A DNA stretch of 64,000 nt from Planctomycetota bacterium (GTDB lineage: Bacteria; Planctomycetota; B15-G4), in the NCBI GenBank assembly GCA_965248575.1, contig CBDFJQ010000002.1, positions 4,416,001-4,480,000 of the forward strand, in the 5' to 3' direction. Of the stretch, positions 9,413 through 19,384 are shown piece after piece (the stretch's first letter is position 1; each line of letters opens with the position of its first letter). The notes under the pieces were generated by a model, which saw only the letters and a program-made list of their open reading frames with translations, made no database searches and had not been told where the DNA came from. The position numbers and the translations under genes are program-made.

Positions 9413-10663
9413 ATGTCCGAGCGCCTGTCCGCGTTTTTCGTCGTCGCCATGGCCAGCCTGCTGAGCCTGGCCCTGTCCGCTCCTGCCTACGCCGGCAACC
9501 CGACCATCGACGTCAATGAGTTCAGTGACGGAGCCGACGCCGACCTCGGAGACGGTGTCGTCGATGCCGATCTCGATGAGCCAGGCGAACAGCGCACCTT
9601 GCGCGCCGCGATCCAGCACGCCAACGCCACACCCGGTGCCGACACGATCACGCTCCCCGCTGGGACCTACAAGCTCACCATCAAGGGCGGCGAGGAGGAC
9701 GCCGGCGCGCTGGGCGACCTCGACATCACCGATGACCTCACGATCACCGGCGCCGCTGCCGATACGACGATCATCAAGGCCAAGAAGGCCAAGGACCGGA
9801 TCTTCGATGTCCACTTCGACGCGGTCGTCACGATCAACGACCTGACCCTGCTCGGGGGACGCGCCGACGGCGGGGGCGGCGGAGGGATCCGCAACTTCAG
9901 TGACCTGACGGTCAATCGGTGTGTCATCACCAAGTGTAGGCCGCTGTCGAAAACCGACGACGGCGGCGCCATCGAGAACTGCGAGGGAGTGCTCGCCGTC
10001 AATGACTCGTACCTCTTGAAGAACAGGTCCAACGACGATGCCGGTGCTGTCGATTCCGACTTCGGCACGACGACGTTCACCAACGTGACCTTCGATCGCA
10101 ACAGGGCCAAGGACGAGGGCGGTGCGGTCGAGAACGACGGCGGCACGACGAGCTTCATCAACTGCACGCTGAGCAAGAACCGGGCCAAGAACAACGGCGC
10201 CGCCATCAACAACGAGGAAGGCGGCACGATCAACCTCACCAACTGCACGCTGGCCTTCAACATCGCCAAGGCGGACCAGAACATCTTCTCGGGCCCGGTT
10301 GCCGGTGAAGGCGGGGGCGAAGTCGTGAACATGACCAATACGATCCTGTTCGGAAAGAAGAAGAAGAAGGTCAACTGCGTCGGCTCGATCACGTCCGGCG
10401 GCGGCAACCTCGAGTCGGGGACCGACTGCGGTTTCTCAGGGTCGGACCAGAGCGGGACCGATCCGCGGCTGGACAAGAAGGCCCGCGACAACGGTGGCTT
10501 CGCGCCGACACACTTGCTGCGGGACGACAGCCCCGCGATCGACGCAGGCAACGACGCCAACTGTCCGGGCACCGATCAGGCCGGCAACGCCTACGCGGAC
10601 GTTCCCAACGTGGGGGCCTCGGTGTGCGACATCGGCGCGCTGGAGTACATCCCCGACGCGTAA
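9413..10663 (+). CDS. Secreted CSLREA-like / choice-of-anchor Q beta-helix protein
   Basis: Signal peptide, TLRAAI, GGAI repeats, SPAIDAG...CDIGALE. Confidence 0.85.
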   Translation: MSERLSAFFVVAMASLLSLALSAPAYAGNPTIDVNEFSDGADADLGDGVVDADLDEPGEQRTLRAAIQHANATPGADTITLPAGTYKLTIKGGEEDAGALGDLDITDDLTITGAAADTTIIKAKKAKDRIFDVHFDAVVTINDLTLLGGRADGGGGGGIRNFSDLTVNRCVITKCRPLSKTDDGGAIENCEGVLAVNDSYLLKNRSNDDAGAVDSDFGTTTFTNVTFDRNRAKDEGGAVENDGGTTSFINCTLSKNRAKNNGAAINNEEGGTINLTNCTLAFNIAKADQNIFSGPVAGEGGGEVVNMTNTILFGKKKKKVNCVGSITSGGGNLESGTDCGFSGSDQSGTDPRLDKKARDNGGFAPTHLLRDDSPAIDAGNDANCPGTDQAGNAYADVPNVGASVCDIGALEYIPDA

Positions 10664-10713
10664 CAGCAGGGCGTGGCGGACGGGCCCTCACCGCACCAAG
10701 GTGTCGAACGTCA

Positions 10714-10753
10714 CCGAGCGGAACGCGAGCTTCCACCCCGGCTTCATTGAGTG
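10714..10753 (+). pseudogene. 40-bp relic of the GH99-like gene
   Basis: 36/40 identical to 27103-27142, 24-bp exact core. Confidence 0.8.
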
Positions 10754-10880
10754 ATCGCCGTTTGCGAATCCGCAACGATCCGCGCAGTCCTGGTTCGAGT
10801 CCCTTCGCCCTCGCCATTCTTCGCACCTGGGCCACGCAACGGACTGGAGAGCTTTCCGGCTCGGAGGGCGGTGGCCTCCC

Positions 10881-11780
10881 TCAGGCTCCGGTCCAGCGCC
10901 AGACATAGCTGCGGGCCTTGCGCTTCATGCGCTTGCGGATGGCCTTGATGAGCAGGGTCTTCGCCATCACGTGCGCCGCTTCGTCGCCAGCCGCCTCGTT
11001 GCCGGCCGCCTCGTCGAGCAGCGCGCGGGCTTCTGCCTCGGACGCGCCCTGCCGGATCGACGACTTGGTGATGCGATAGAGATCGGTCCGCCGCAGAACG
11101 GCGCGGTGCCAGGCGGTCCGCGGCCAGCGAGCGCGCGGGATGTCGATCATCATGGCGTGTGGGCCGTCGCTGTCGCGGGTCAGCAGGATGTTGCGCGAGG
11201 CCAGATCGCCGTGGCGCACGCCGGCCTCGTGGACCCGACGGATCAACCCGCCCACCTCGCGGAAAACCCCCTCGCGGTTTGCGCCGACTGATTCCGCCAG
11301 GGCTCCCGACTGGTCCCCGGCAATCTCGTTGAAGGGCACGCTGTCATGAATGCGCTTCAAGAGCAGGAACGACCGCCGCGAAATGCCAGCCCGCTTCTCC
11401 TCGCCCCAACCGACGATCTCCGGGACCTCCATGGGCACGCGGCTGGCGCGGGCCAGGCAGCGCGCCTCGCGGGTGACATCCCAGCGGCGGCGCCACATCT
11501 GCGTGCTGCAGCGCATGGGCACGGCCAGGCCCTTCAGGAACAGGCCGCCCTCGTCGTCCAGGAGGAGGTGCCCGCGCCAGTTGCCCTCACCGATGCCAAG
11601 CAGGGCCCAGACGCGCTCGAAGACGTCCACATCCGTGTCAACACCGGATGCCTCCAGCAGTGCGCTGGGCTGCAGGCGATGAACCACGATCGTAGACTGC
11701 CCCACAATGACACCTCCGGGACGGGTGCTCTCCGGCCGTGTCGCAGCGGCCGAACGCGCGCGGAGAGTAGCACGGCTCAC
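10881..11780 (-). CDS. Lipopolysaccharide kinase (Kdo/WaaP/InaA family)
   Basis: LFLK, HGDLASRNIL, MID motifs. Confidence 0.8.
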   Translation of the reverse strand: MSRATLRARSAAATRPESTRPGGVIVGQSTIVVHRLQPSALLEASGVDTDVDVFERVWALLGIGEGNWRGHLLLDDEGGLFLKGLAVPMRCSTQMWRRRWDVTREARCLARASRVPMEVPEIVGWGEEKRAGISRRSFLLLKRIHDSVPFNEIAGDQSGALAESVGANREGVFREVGGLIRRVHEAGVRHGDLASRNILLTRDSDGPHAMMIDIPRARWPRTAWHRAVLRRTDLYRITKSSIRQGASEAEARALLDEAAGNEAAGDEAAHVMAKTLLIKAIRKRMKRKARSYVWRWTGA

Positions 11781-12416
11781 AACGCGCCCTTAGTCGTGTT
11801 CCATGGCGTGCCGAAAGTCGTGCACCAAGTCGTCGATGAAGGGGCGCAACACGCTCGGAGGGCCACTCTGCTGGTCTGCGTGGAGTTCGCTCGCTCAGGG
11901 TCGCTGTCTTCCCGGCTTCGTCCGAGGGCTGCGATATCCGCCGGTCACCCGCCCAGCACAACGGCCCATGAGGCAACGTGGGGGCTCAGGTCGGCAACCC
12001 CGGAGAGCACGAAGGACGCCGAGCTCGCCAGCACGAGGGTGGCCACGGTGGGAATGGTCACGAAGTAGATGACGCGCTCGTCCACCCGGGGCGGGTCGGG
12101 TCGCGGCTAGCTGGGCTGCAGTCCACTGGCGAGCATGCAGTCGTAGGGGGCCGGGTGGGTGGAGAGCTTTGAACCGATGTTCACGGGCGAGGGGTTGGCT
12201 TCGTAGAGACGCTCCAGCGCCAAGGCATGGACGCGCTCCTCTTGCTGTTCTGAGTCAGCGTCGCTCCCGTGCTCCACGTCGTGCTCATCGGGTCTCGCCA
12301 GGCTTCCCAATGCCTCGTCGATGTTGAAGCCCACGCCAAGCACGAGCGACATCAATCGGTCGAGTTGTCACACCCTCCGGGTGCGAGGGCCGCGCAGGGT
12401 CTTCGGGATGGACAGC

Positions 12417-13052
12417 TCATCCCCGGTTCATGACCAGATAGGCGACAAGGTTCTGGCTCAGCTCACGTACGAATTCCTCATCGCTCAACTCAAGTATCCG
12501 CGCCGGAGTCGCTGTGGGGAACAGGGCACGTTCCTTGATGCTGGTGATCAGAACGAGGCAGAACAGCTTGGTCCGGGCCTCGTCGGGAAGCTCATGCCCC
12601 TGTTGGCGGAGTGCCTCTAGGATTGGGGCCAGGATCTCTTCGTAGCCGGCCTGACGTCCGGTGGCCGATTCGCCCAGCTCGATATCGGAATGCAATCGCA
12701 GATAGAGATACAGCGTGCGCAAGATCGGCTGGTTGTCCCGAAAGAAGTTGACGTGCTCTCTCACCACGTGGGTGACACGCTCTTCGACCGATGTGTGTCG
12801 CCGTCGTTGTTCCTCATCCCATAGCGCTTTGCCCCAGCGGTTCAGCCGCTGGTCGTAGCGCTCATAGAGCGCCGGCAGCAGCGCGCTCTTGTCCTGGAAT
12901 CGCCGGTACAGCGTGGCGGCTGCGACACCTGCTTCGCTGGCCAGCTGACGGGTGGTGATCTGCTCGAAGAAGTGGTTCTCGAGCAGGCGTTCGAGCGCAG
13001 CAAGGATCCTGTTCTGGGTCTCCCGGGATCGTTGTTGTTGGGGTTCGTGCAC
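12417..13052 (-). CDS. TetR/AcrR family regulator
   Basis: PQQQRSRET...AGVAAATLYRRFQDK HTH. Confidence 0.9.
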   Translation of the reverse strand: MHEPQQQRSRETQNRILAALERLLENHFFEQITTRQLASEAGVAAATLYRRFQDKSALLPALYERYDQRLNRWGKALWDEEQRRRHTSVEERVTHVVREHVNFFRDNQPILRTLYLYLRLHSDIELGESATGRQAGYEEILAPILEALRQQGHELPDEARTKLFCLVLITSIKERALFPTATPARILELSDEEFVRELSQNLVAYLVMNRG

Positions 13053-13097
13053 CAGTGCAGGGCCTCTTGAGCTCTTGGACAGGAGGCCATCGTACTA

Positions 13098-13160
13098 AAT
13101 GTGAACGGGTGTTTACAATTTGCTCAATCATCCGTACAATGTGAGCATGCGTTTACATTG
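13098..13160. promoter_or_regulatory. Two palindromic TetR-type operators overlapping a sigma70-like promoter
   Basis: aatgtgaacgggtgtttacaatt (13098-13120) and caatgtgagcatgcgtttacattg (13137-13160); TTTACA-N17-TACAAT at 13112-13140. Confidence 0.8.
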
Positions 13161-13174
13161 GCAGGTGAAGTGAC

Positions 13175-13948
13175 ATGACTCGACGAATCCTCTGGAGGCT
13201 GAGCGCCCTCGCCTTCCTGGCCCTCGCCTTATGGGGGCATGCGTTCTCGGCGGTTTTCGATCTGGTGGATCCGGATGCGGACCAACTGACCGTCTACCTC
13301 ATGAACAAGGGCCTGTTCGCCGTCGCGCTGCTGATCATGCTCGCGAAATGGGATGGCTTGCGAGGCTACGGGTTCGAGCGCGGCCGGAGTTGGCGGTTCC
13401 TGCTCCCGGGAGCCCCATTCCTGCTCCTGACGGCCCTGTTGGCGGTGAACCCGGAATCGCCGTATGGCCTCGGCACGGCCGCCGCGCTGGGCTGGATTCT
13501 GGTCTCGGTCTTCGTCGCAATCGGTGAGGAAGGTGTCTTCAGAGGCCTGATCTGGCGGGCCCTGGAGGATCGGGGAATGCTGACCACCAGTCTGCTGACC
13601 TCGGTGCTGTTCGGCGCAGTGCATCTGCTGGGCCTGTTCGCCCCAATCCCATGGCAGATCATCGTCAGTCAGGCTGTGTTCGCCGCGGGCGTGGGCATGA
13701 TGTTCGCCGCCGTCAGGCTGGTTTCCGGCTCCCTGCTGGCGCCGATCTTCCTGCATGCGCTGTTCGACGCCGGTGCCATCGTCGCCGCCGGCGGGGTCCA
13801 GGAGATGTTCTCCGACACCATGAGCGTCGGACGCCTCTTGGTTCCAGGGATCGCTTTCTTTGTCTGGGGGCTGATCTGCGTCCTGGTGATTCGACGACGA
13901 CGTCGGACCACCAGGGTCATGCCGTCCGCCACCGAAGTGTCGCGATGA
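13175..13948 (+). CDS. CPBP (CAAX/Abi) intramembrane protease
   Basis: GEEGVFRG, LFGAVH, IFLHALFD. Confidence 0.9.
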   Translation: MTRRILWRLSALAFLALALWGHAFSAVFDLVDPDADQLTVYLMNKGLFAVALLIMLAKWDGLRGYGFERGRSWRFLLPGAPFLLLTALLAVNPESPYGLGTAAALGWILVSVFVAIGEEGVFRGLIWRALEDRGMLTTSLLTSVLFGAVHLLGLFAPIPWQIIVSQAVFAAGVGMMFAAVRLVSGSLLAPIFLHALFDAGAIVAAGGVQEMFSDTMSVGRLLVPGIAFFVWGLICVLVIRRRRRTTRVMPSATEVSR

Positions 13949-14011
13949 GCTCCCTGACCCCGTGCTGTCCACAGGTAGAGTCGCCACCGAACCGCTGTCC
14001 TCGAAGCGCTT

Positions 14012-14285
14012 GCGACTCGCTTCATGGCGACACCTTCGGCCTCGCAGCGTAACTTCAGCAACGCCTGCAAAAGGTCCACCAACGTCTTGTGACCGGAGAA
14101 TGCTTCACGCCGTGCGCGATGTTCTCCCGCAAACCCCGGATGCGCGTCAGTTGTTGGCGATTCTTCGGGAGGTGCTGGGCGATCTCGGCCAGCGCGTCGT
14201 CGCGGATCAGCCAGTTGCGCGGGAGATCCCGGTCGATGGTGGCCCTTCGCGCCATGCCGCCAGCTCGCGAAGCACCGCGAGGCGC
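14012..14285 (-). pseudogene. rnd: RNase D fragment
   Basis: Diverged copy of about 25992-26345 with an internal deletion at a gccg microhomology. Confidence 0.9.
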
Positions 14286-14372
14286 CGGCACCCGCGGACG
14301 TGACCGTGCTCGCCTCGTTCTTCAGTCAGTGAAGCTGCGCTTGTTCTGGCCGACACGACAACCTCATGTGAG

Positions 14373-16094
14373 TCATACGTCTCCACCATCGACAAGCTCG
14401 CCGCTGAGTTTGAGCAGCGCACCGTTCGTGATCTTGCTGCGGTAGAGCTCTCGAACCTCGTCGGTGTCCTGGTCGGCGCTGTACAAGGCGTAGCGTCCCT
14501 TGGGATCCACGACGATCAGGCCGGAAAGGGCCCCGTTCTTGACCAGTGGGCCGCTCAACTTCTGCACCTCGGCGTTCTTCAGCTTGCTCCGGTAGAGCTC
14601 GTAGAGGCCCTGCGTGTCTTCATCTATCTGGTAGACGGCGTAGCGGCCCTTGGGGCCCAGCTGGTAGTTGAAGAAGCCTATGCCAGCACCATCGGGGAGC
14701 GGTGAGTTCAGCCGCTTCACTTCGCCTGTCTTGAGCTTGCTCGCGAAGAGCTCGTAGATGCCGTTGAGGCTTTGGTCGGCGACGTACACCGCGTAGCGGC
14801 CCTTGGGATCAACGCGGTAGTTGGTGGTCAGCACGTCGCCGCCAAAAACGAACGGCGCGCTCAGCCGCAGCGAGGTGCCCGTCTTCAGGTCGCTGCGGAA
14901 GAGCTCCCACACGTTGTCGGTGTTCTGGTCGGCACGGTAGACGACGTAGCGACCCTTGGGATCCAACTGCAAAGCGAAGGAGTCGACGTCTCCATTGGTG
15001 ACCATGGGTCCATTCAACTTCAGCGACACGCCCTTCTTGAGGTCGCTTCGATAGAGCTCGTTCACACCGTCAGCGTCCTGATCGGCGACGTAGACGGCGT
15101 AGCGGCCCTTGGAGTTCACGAGCCGGACCGTACTCATCAAGGTTCCACCGGCGACGAGCTCTCCGCTCAGCTTCAGCTGGGCGCCCGACACCAAGTCGCT
15201 GCGGTAGAGCTCGAGGCGTGGCGGGTTGGACTCCTGAATGAAGTAGATGGCGTAGCGTCCCTTCGGGTCCACGACGGCGTCGAGAAACACGATGGCGCCG
15301 GGGGCCAGCGGCGCGTTCAGCTTCATCGAGACGCCCGTCTTCAGGTTGCTCACGTAGAGCTCGACGACCTGGTCTTCTTCCTGATCAGCTCGGTAGACGA
15401 CGTAGTTGCCTTTGGGTCCCATGGTGTAACCACCGACGTTGCCGCCGGTGACAAGCGGTCCGTTCAACTTGAGCACGCCGCCCTTCTTGAGGTCGGCGCG
15501 ATAGAGCTCGAAGACGCCGTCGGTGTCCGCATCAGCTCTGTAACAGACGTAGCGGCCCTTGGGCCCCAGGGTGAATCCGCCGAAGATATCGCCACCTGTG
15601 ACAAACGGGGTGTTGAGCTTCAGTTGTTCGCCAGTGTTCAGGTCAGTGCTGTAGAGCTGGAGAACGCCGGGGGTCGCTTGGTCGGATCGATAGACGACGT
15701 AGCGGCTCTTGGGGTCCACGGCGTAGGTGCCAGCGCTTGAGGCCGACTCAATAGTTCCGGAGAGCTTCAGCCGCTGACCCGTTTTCAGGTCGCTTCGGTA
15801 GAGCTCGACCACACCCGCGGTGTCCTGGTCGGCGTAGTACACGACGTTCCGACCTTTGAAATCCACGATGTAGGACTCGACCTGCCCGCCGTCCGCGATG
15901 GGGCCGTTCAGCTTGAGTACCTGACCATTCTTCAGGTCGCTGCGGTAGAGCTCCCGAACACCGTCCGTGTCCGCATCCGCGAGGTACACGCTGTAGCGAC
16001 CCTTTGGGTCGACGGTTGGAGACTGCGACTGTGCCAGCAGCGGCCCGCTCAGCAAGCCCAGCGCAAGGATTCCTACCAGTGAGCGACTTCCCAT
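14373..16094 (-). CDS. Secreted beta-propeller-like repeat protein (~50-aa repeats)
   Basis: Signal peptide; about 11 repeats of DPKGRY.VY.ADQD....ELYRSDLK.G..LKL. Confidence 0.9.
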   Translation of the reverse strand: MGSRSLVGILALGLLSGPLLAQSQSPTVDPKGRYSVYLADADTDGVRELYRSDLKNGQVLKLNGPIADGGQVESYIVDFKGRNVVYYADQDTAGVVELYRSDLKTGQRLKLSGTIESASSAGTYAVDPKSRYVVYRSDQATPGVLQLYSTDLNTGEQLKLNTPFVTGGDIFGGFTLGPKGRYVCYRADADTDGVFELYRADLKKGGVLKLNGPLVTGGNVGGYTMGPKGNYVVYRADQEEDQVVELYVSNLKTGVSMKLNAPLAPGAIVFLDAVVDPKGRYAIYFIQESNPPRLELYRSDLVSGAQLKLSGELVAGGTLMSTVRLVNSKGRYAVYVADQDADGVNELYRSDLKKGVSLKLNGPMVTNGDVDSFALQLDPKGRYVVYRADQNTDNVWELFRSDLKTGTSLRLSAPFVFGGDVLTTNYRVDPKGRYAVYVADQSLNGIYELFASKLKTGEVKRLNSPLPDGAGIGFFNYQLGPKGRYAVYQIDEDTQGLYELYRSKLKNAEVQKLSGPLVKNGALSGLIVVDPKGRYALYSADQDTDEVRELYRSKITNGALLKLSGELVDGGDV

Positions 16095-16144
16095 GCGACT
16101 TCTCCTCCGATTGCAAGATGGAGAGGCATGCTAACCGCTGGGCG

Positions 16145-16367
16145 TGAGGGCCGCCCGAGCTGTTCTGACGGGAGGGGAACGGAAACGCACCAGTTCGTGA
16201 CCGGGAGACCGTGGCGGCGGTGGGGGAGATCCGTTGGCGACCGCGAGCGATCAAGATCAGGCCAGCGAGCGTTCAGCGCCGCCGCTCGCGGGTCATCGAG
16301 GTCGCCGCCCAGCTCGGTGTCCAGGAGTCTGATCAGGAACACGAAGGGCTTTGAAACGCTTGGCCTC
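16145..16367 (+). mobile_element. Most complete IS91/ISCR-like end relic: (R)GPPELF-stop, ~200 bp, end motif
   Basis: 16150-16232 is 62/83 identical (ungapped) to 54355-54437; 16269-16367 is repeated at 17316-17422. Confidence 0.65.
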
Positions 16368-16479
16368 AGAACCAGATCTCCAACACGGCCATCACCTCCA
16401 GCGCCACGTCGCGCTTCGTCTTCGATAGCTTTTCGATCACGTGATGAGTCCCCCGGCACGCGTTGGATACCCTGGGGTC

Positions 16480-17268
16480 ATGCACAGGATCCTCAGCGCG
16501 TTCATCTGTCTGTCCGTCATCTCCGGCTGCGCGGCCCTCACGGCGCTCCCGGGCTCCCGCCAGCTGACGGTCCTCACCTACAACATCCACCACGGTCAGG
16601 GCACCGATGGCGCCTTCGACCTGGAACGCCTGGCGCAGGTGATTCGCGACGCAGACGCCGACCTGGTCGCCCTGCAGGAAGTGGACGTTGGCACCGGGCG
16701 ATCCGGCGGCGTGGACCAGGCCGCCGAGCTGGCGCGGCTGACCGATATGGCCGTCGTCTTCGCCGAGGCGATGCCCTATGACGGTGGGTCCTACGGCGAG
16801 GCCATGTTGTCGCGCTGGCCCATCTCCTCGCACAAAGTCCTGAAGCTGCCAGCCTCCGCCGGCCATGAGCCGCGCGCCGCCATCGTGGTGGTGGTGCAAC
16901 CGACGGGCTGGCCGTTCCCCGTGCGAGTGGCCGGCACGCACCTGGACCACACGGACGACGACACGGACCGGCTCGCGCAGCTGGCTGTGGTGCGCCAGCA
17001 CCTGGAGGAGGGAGCGCTGCCCACGCTGCTGGTGGGCGACCTCAACGCGGCGCCTGACAGCGTGCCCATGTCCCGGCTTCTCGCCGCCGACTGGCTGCCC
17101 GCCGATCCCGACTACGCGTCCACCTTTCCCGCCGACAAGCCCAAGCGGAAGATCGACTGGATCCTGTTGTCGCCGGCCTCGGCAGGACGACTGATAGAAC
17201 CGATGGTGCTGACCGCACCCGTGGCATCCGACCACGCGCCCTTCCGGGCCGTCTGGGTGCTCGACTGA
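16480..17268 (+). CDS. Endonuclease/exonuclease/phosphatase family protein, exported
   Basis: TYNIHHG, LQEVD, GDLN, IDWIL, SDH. Confidence 0.92.
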   Translation: MHRILSAFICLSVISGCAALTALPGSRQLTVLTYNIHHGQGTDGAFDLERLAQVIRDADADLVALQEVDVGTGRSGGVDQAAELARLTDMAVVFAEAMPYDGGSYGEAMLSRWPISSHKVLKLPASAGHEPRAAIVVVVQPTGWPFPVRVAGTHLDHTDDDTDRLAQLAVVRQHLEEGALPTLLVGDLNAAPDSVPMSRLLAADWLPADPDYASTFPADKPKRKIDWILLSPASAGRLIEPMVLTAPVASDHAPFRAVWVLD

Positions 17269-17315
17269 GACGGTCGCGATTCCACGCCTCCGGCCATCTC
17301 ATCGAGCGCTTCGAT

Positions 17316-17422
17316 GCGTTCAGCGCCGCAGCACGCGGGGCATCGGGGCCGCCGATCAGCCCCTCGCCCCGGTGTCCAGGAGTCTGATCCGGAACACGAG
17401 GGGCTTTGTTTCGCCTCTCCTC
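17316..17422 (+). repeat. Direct repeat of 16269-16367 ending in the oriIS-like motif
   Basis: ggtgtccaggagtctgatc.ggaacacga.gggctttg shared; 17386-17422 is 31/37 identical to 42159-42195. Confidence 0.85.
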
Positions 17423-17443
17423 GGAGGGTGCTACGGTTCGCCC

Positions 17444-18406
17444 GTGAGAGTTCACCTGGACATCAGCAAGAACATCCTGGAGCAGTTCTGCTCGGTGTTT
17501 GGGAATCGTCCTGACGGCCCGCGGCACAGCCTTGTCATGCCCGCCGAGATCGGTGTCGGCAGGATGGACCTGATGGAACTTCCGAATGGGCTGGAGTTCT
17601 ACCACTACACGAGCACGCTGAAGCAGCCGCTCGAGATCACGTCCACCAACCCGCCGGGCAGCGGATGGTGTGGATTGAACGTGAACCTGGCCGACTCCGA
17701 GCTGGTGCGAACCGTCGGGAGCAACGAGGTCACGATCCAGCGCTGCTTGCAGTCGGGCATGCTCGTGCACACGCCTGGATCGACGATCGAGGGCGTGAAC
17801 GAAGCCGGCGTGGTCTCCGAGTCGGTCTTCATCCGCTTCCACGACGAATTCCTGGGCGCGTACTTCGATACGGGCTTCGACTCGCTTCGCCCCCGACACG
17901 GCGTGGTTCTCTTCGAGCACCTGGACTATCGCGCGGAGATGCTCCTGCGAGAGGTGATTGGATCGAAGTCCGACAAACTGGGTGCCCACGCCAGGCTCCT
18001 GGAGTTCATGCAGGGATTCCTGGCCAAGATCGAGTCGCGGGAGACCGGAGAGTCCAGCGAACGATTACATGCCGACGACATGCGAGGGTTGTTCCGGGCC
18101 CAGGCCGCCCTGCGCAACCCGCTGGCCTCGGACGTGCCTTCCATCTCCGAGCTGGCCGACCTGGCCCAGATGGGCATGACCAGGTTCAAGGCCTCGTTCA
18201 GGGCTGTCTTTGGCGTGGCTCCCTTGCGATACCACCACAAGCTGAAGATGGACCATGCGCGCAACGAGCTGCTGGCCCGACGCAAGACGCCGTCCGAGCT
18301 GAGCTACGAGTTGGGCTACAGCCACCCGTCCAAGTTCACCGCCGCGTTCAAGCGGCACTTCGAGCAGCTGCCCTCGCAGGTTCACCGGGACCAGTTCCGT
18401 CCTTGA
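17444..18406 (+). CDS. AraC family regulator (PchR-like)
   Basis: PSISELA...FRAVFG...LGYSHPSKFTAAFKRHF; start uncertain. Confidence 0.9.
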   Translation: MRVHLDISKNILEQFCSVFGNRPDGPRHSLVMPAEIGVGRMDLMELPNGLEFYHYTSTLKQPLEITSTNPPGSGWCGLNVNLADSELVRTVGSNEVTIQRCLQSGMLVHTPGSTIEGVNEAGVVSESVFIRFHDEFLGAYFDTGFDSLRPRHGVVLFEHLDYRAEMLLREVIGSKSDKLGAHARLLEFMQGFLAKIESRETGESSERLHADDMRGLFRAQAALRNPLASDVPSISELADLAQMGMTRFKASFRAVFGVAPLRYHHKLKMDHARNELLARRKTPSELSYELGYSHPSKFTAAFKRHFEQLPSQVHRDQFRP

Positions 18407-18468
18407 GGGACAAGCAAGCGACTCCCGTGGGTAACGGCTGACGCATCACGGCGCCCAAGCTTGCGCTG

Positions 18469-19275
18469 ATGAATGTCTATCCTCGAGCCCACTGGTACCT
18501 CGTTCTCGGTTTCGTCGTCGCGGTCGCCGGGTTCATCCCCTCGTATTGGTCCCAGGATTTGGGCACGTTCGGGGTGTCCATTCACGTGCACGCCGCCTCG
18601 GCCACGCTCTGGTTTCTCGCGCTCATCGTCCAACCCTGGTTGATCAACGCGGGCAATCTCAAGGCTCATCGCATCTTCGGGAGTCTCGCGCTCCTGATTG
18701 CGGTGGTGCTGACGCTGACGGCCGCGCTGATCACGCCCCGGAACCTGCAACTCCAGGCCGCGAACCCGAACCTGCCTTACATGTTCGTGTACTGGGACAT
18801 CACGACCATCAGCCTCTTCGCGATCTTCGTCACCCGGGGCATGAAGCATCGCAGAGATGTCCAGCTGCATGCACGCTTCATGGTGGGCACCGTCTTCGTG
18901 CCTATCCTGCCCGCGCTGGCGCGAGGGCTGTTCTTCTACGGCGTGGTGGAGAACTTCGTCTCCGCCCTGTACGTCGGGAACATGATCACGCTGACGGCGA
19001 TCGCGGTGTTGATCCACGATGACGACAAGCAGGGTCAGCTGCGCTCGCCCTACCGCTGGCTCTTCGGCGTCTTCGCTGTCCTGGGCACGACCATCGAGAT
19101 CGTAGGGTCGGCCGCCTGGTGGCAGACTTTGGTGGACGCGGCCGTGGTCCCGCTCACCTGGGCCGTGCTGCTGGTGGGGGCGGGGTCGGCGGCCCTCCTG
19201 GGCCTCCAGAGTCAACGTTCCTCACGCGTTGGTCCCGATCCGATTGCCAACCATGCCGGCTCCGACGGTCCGTAA
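18469..19275 (+). CDS. Hypothetical multi-pass membrane protein
   Basis: Several hydrophobic helices, H..HA and HARFM motifs. Confidence 0.8.
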   Translation: MNVYPRAHWYLVLGFVVAVAGFIPSYWSQDLGTFGVSIHVHAASATLWFLALIVQPWLINAGNLKAHRIFGSLALLIAVVLTLTAALITPRNLQLQAANPNLPYMFVYWDITTISLFAIFVTRGMKHRRDVQLHARFMVGTVFVPILPALARGLFFYGVVENFVSALYVGNMITLTAIAVLIHDDDKQGQLRSPYRWLFGVFAVLGTTIEIVGSAAWWQTLVDAAVVPLTWAVLLVGAGSAALLGLQSQRSSRVGPDPIANHAGSDGP

Positions 19276-19384
19276 GGCGACACGGCTACAAACACCCTGG
19301 CGGGCGCGGCTCAGGTTGCACACGCACCCGGTCGCGAGCGGAATCACGTCGCCGCCTCACAAGTATGATCGCCCTTCTGTTGCA

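Noticed and set aside
10770..10816. Complete tRNA gene
   Set aside because: No D arm, anticodon arm or pairing acceptor 5' strand
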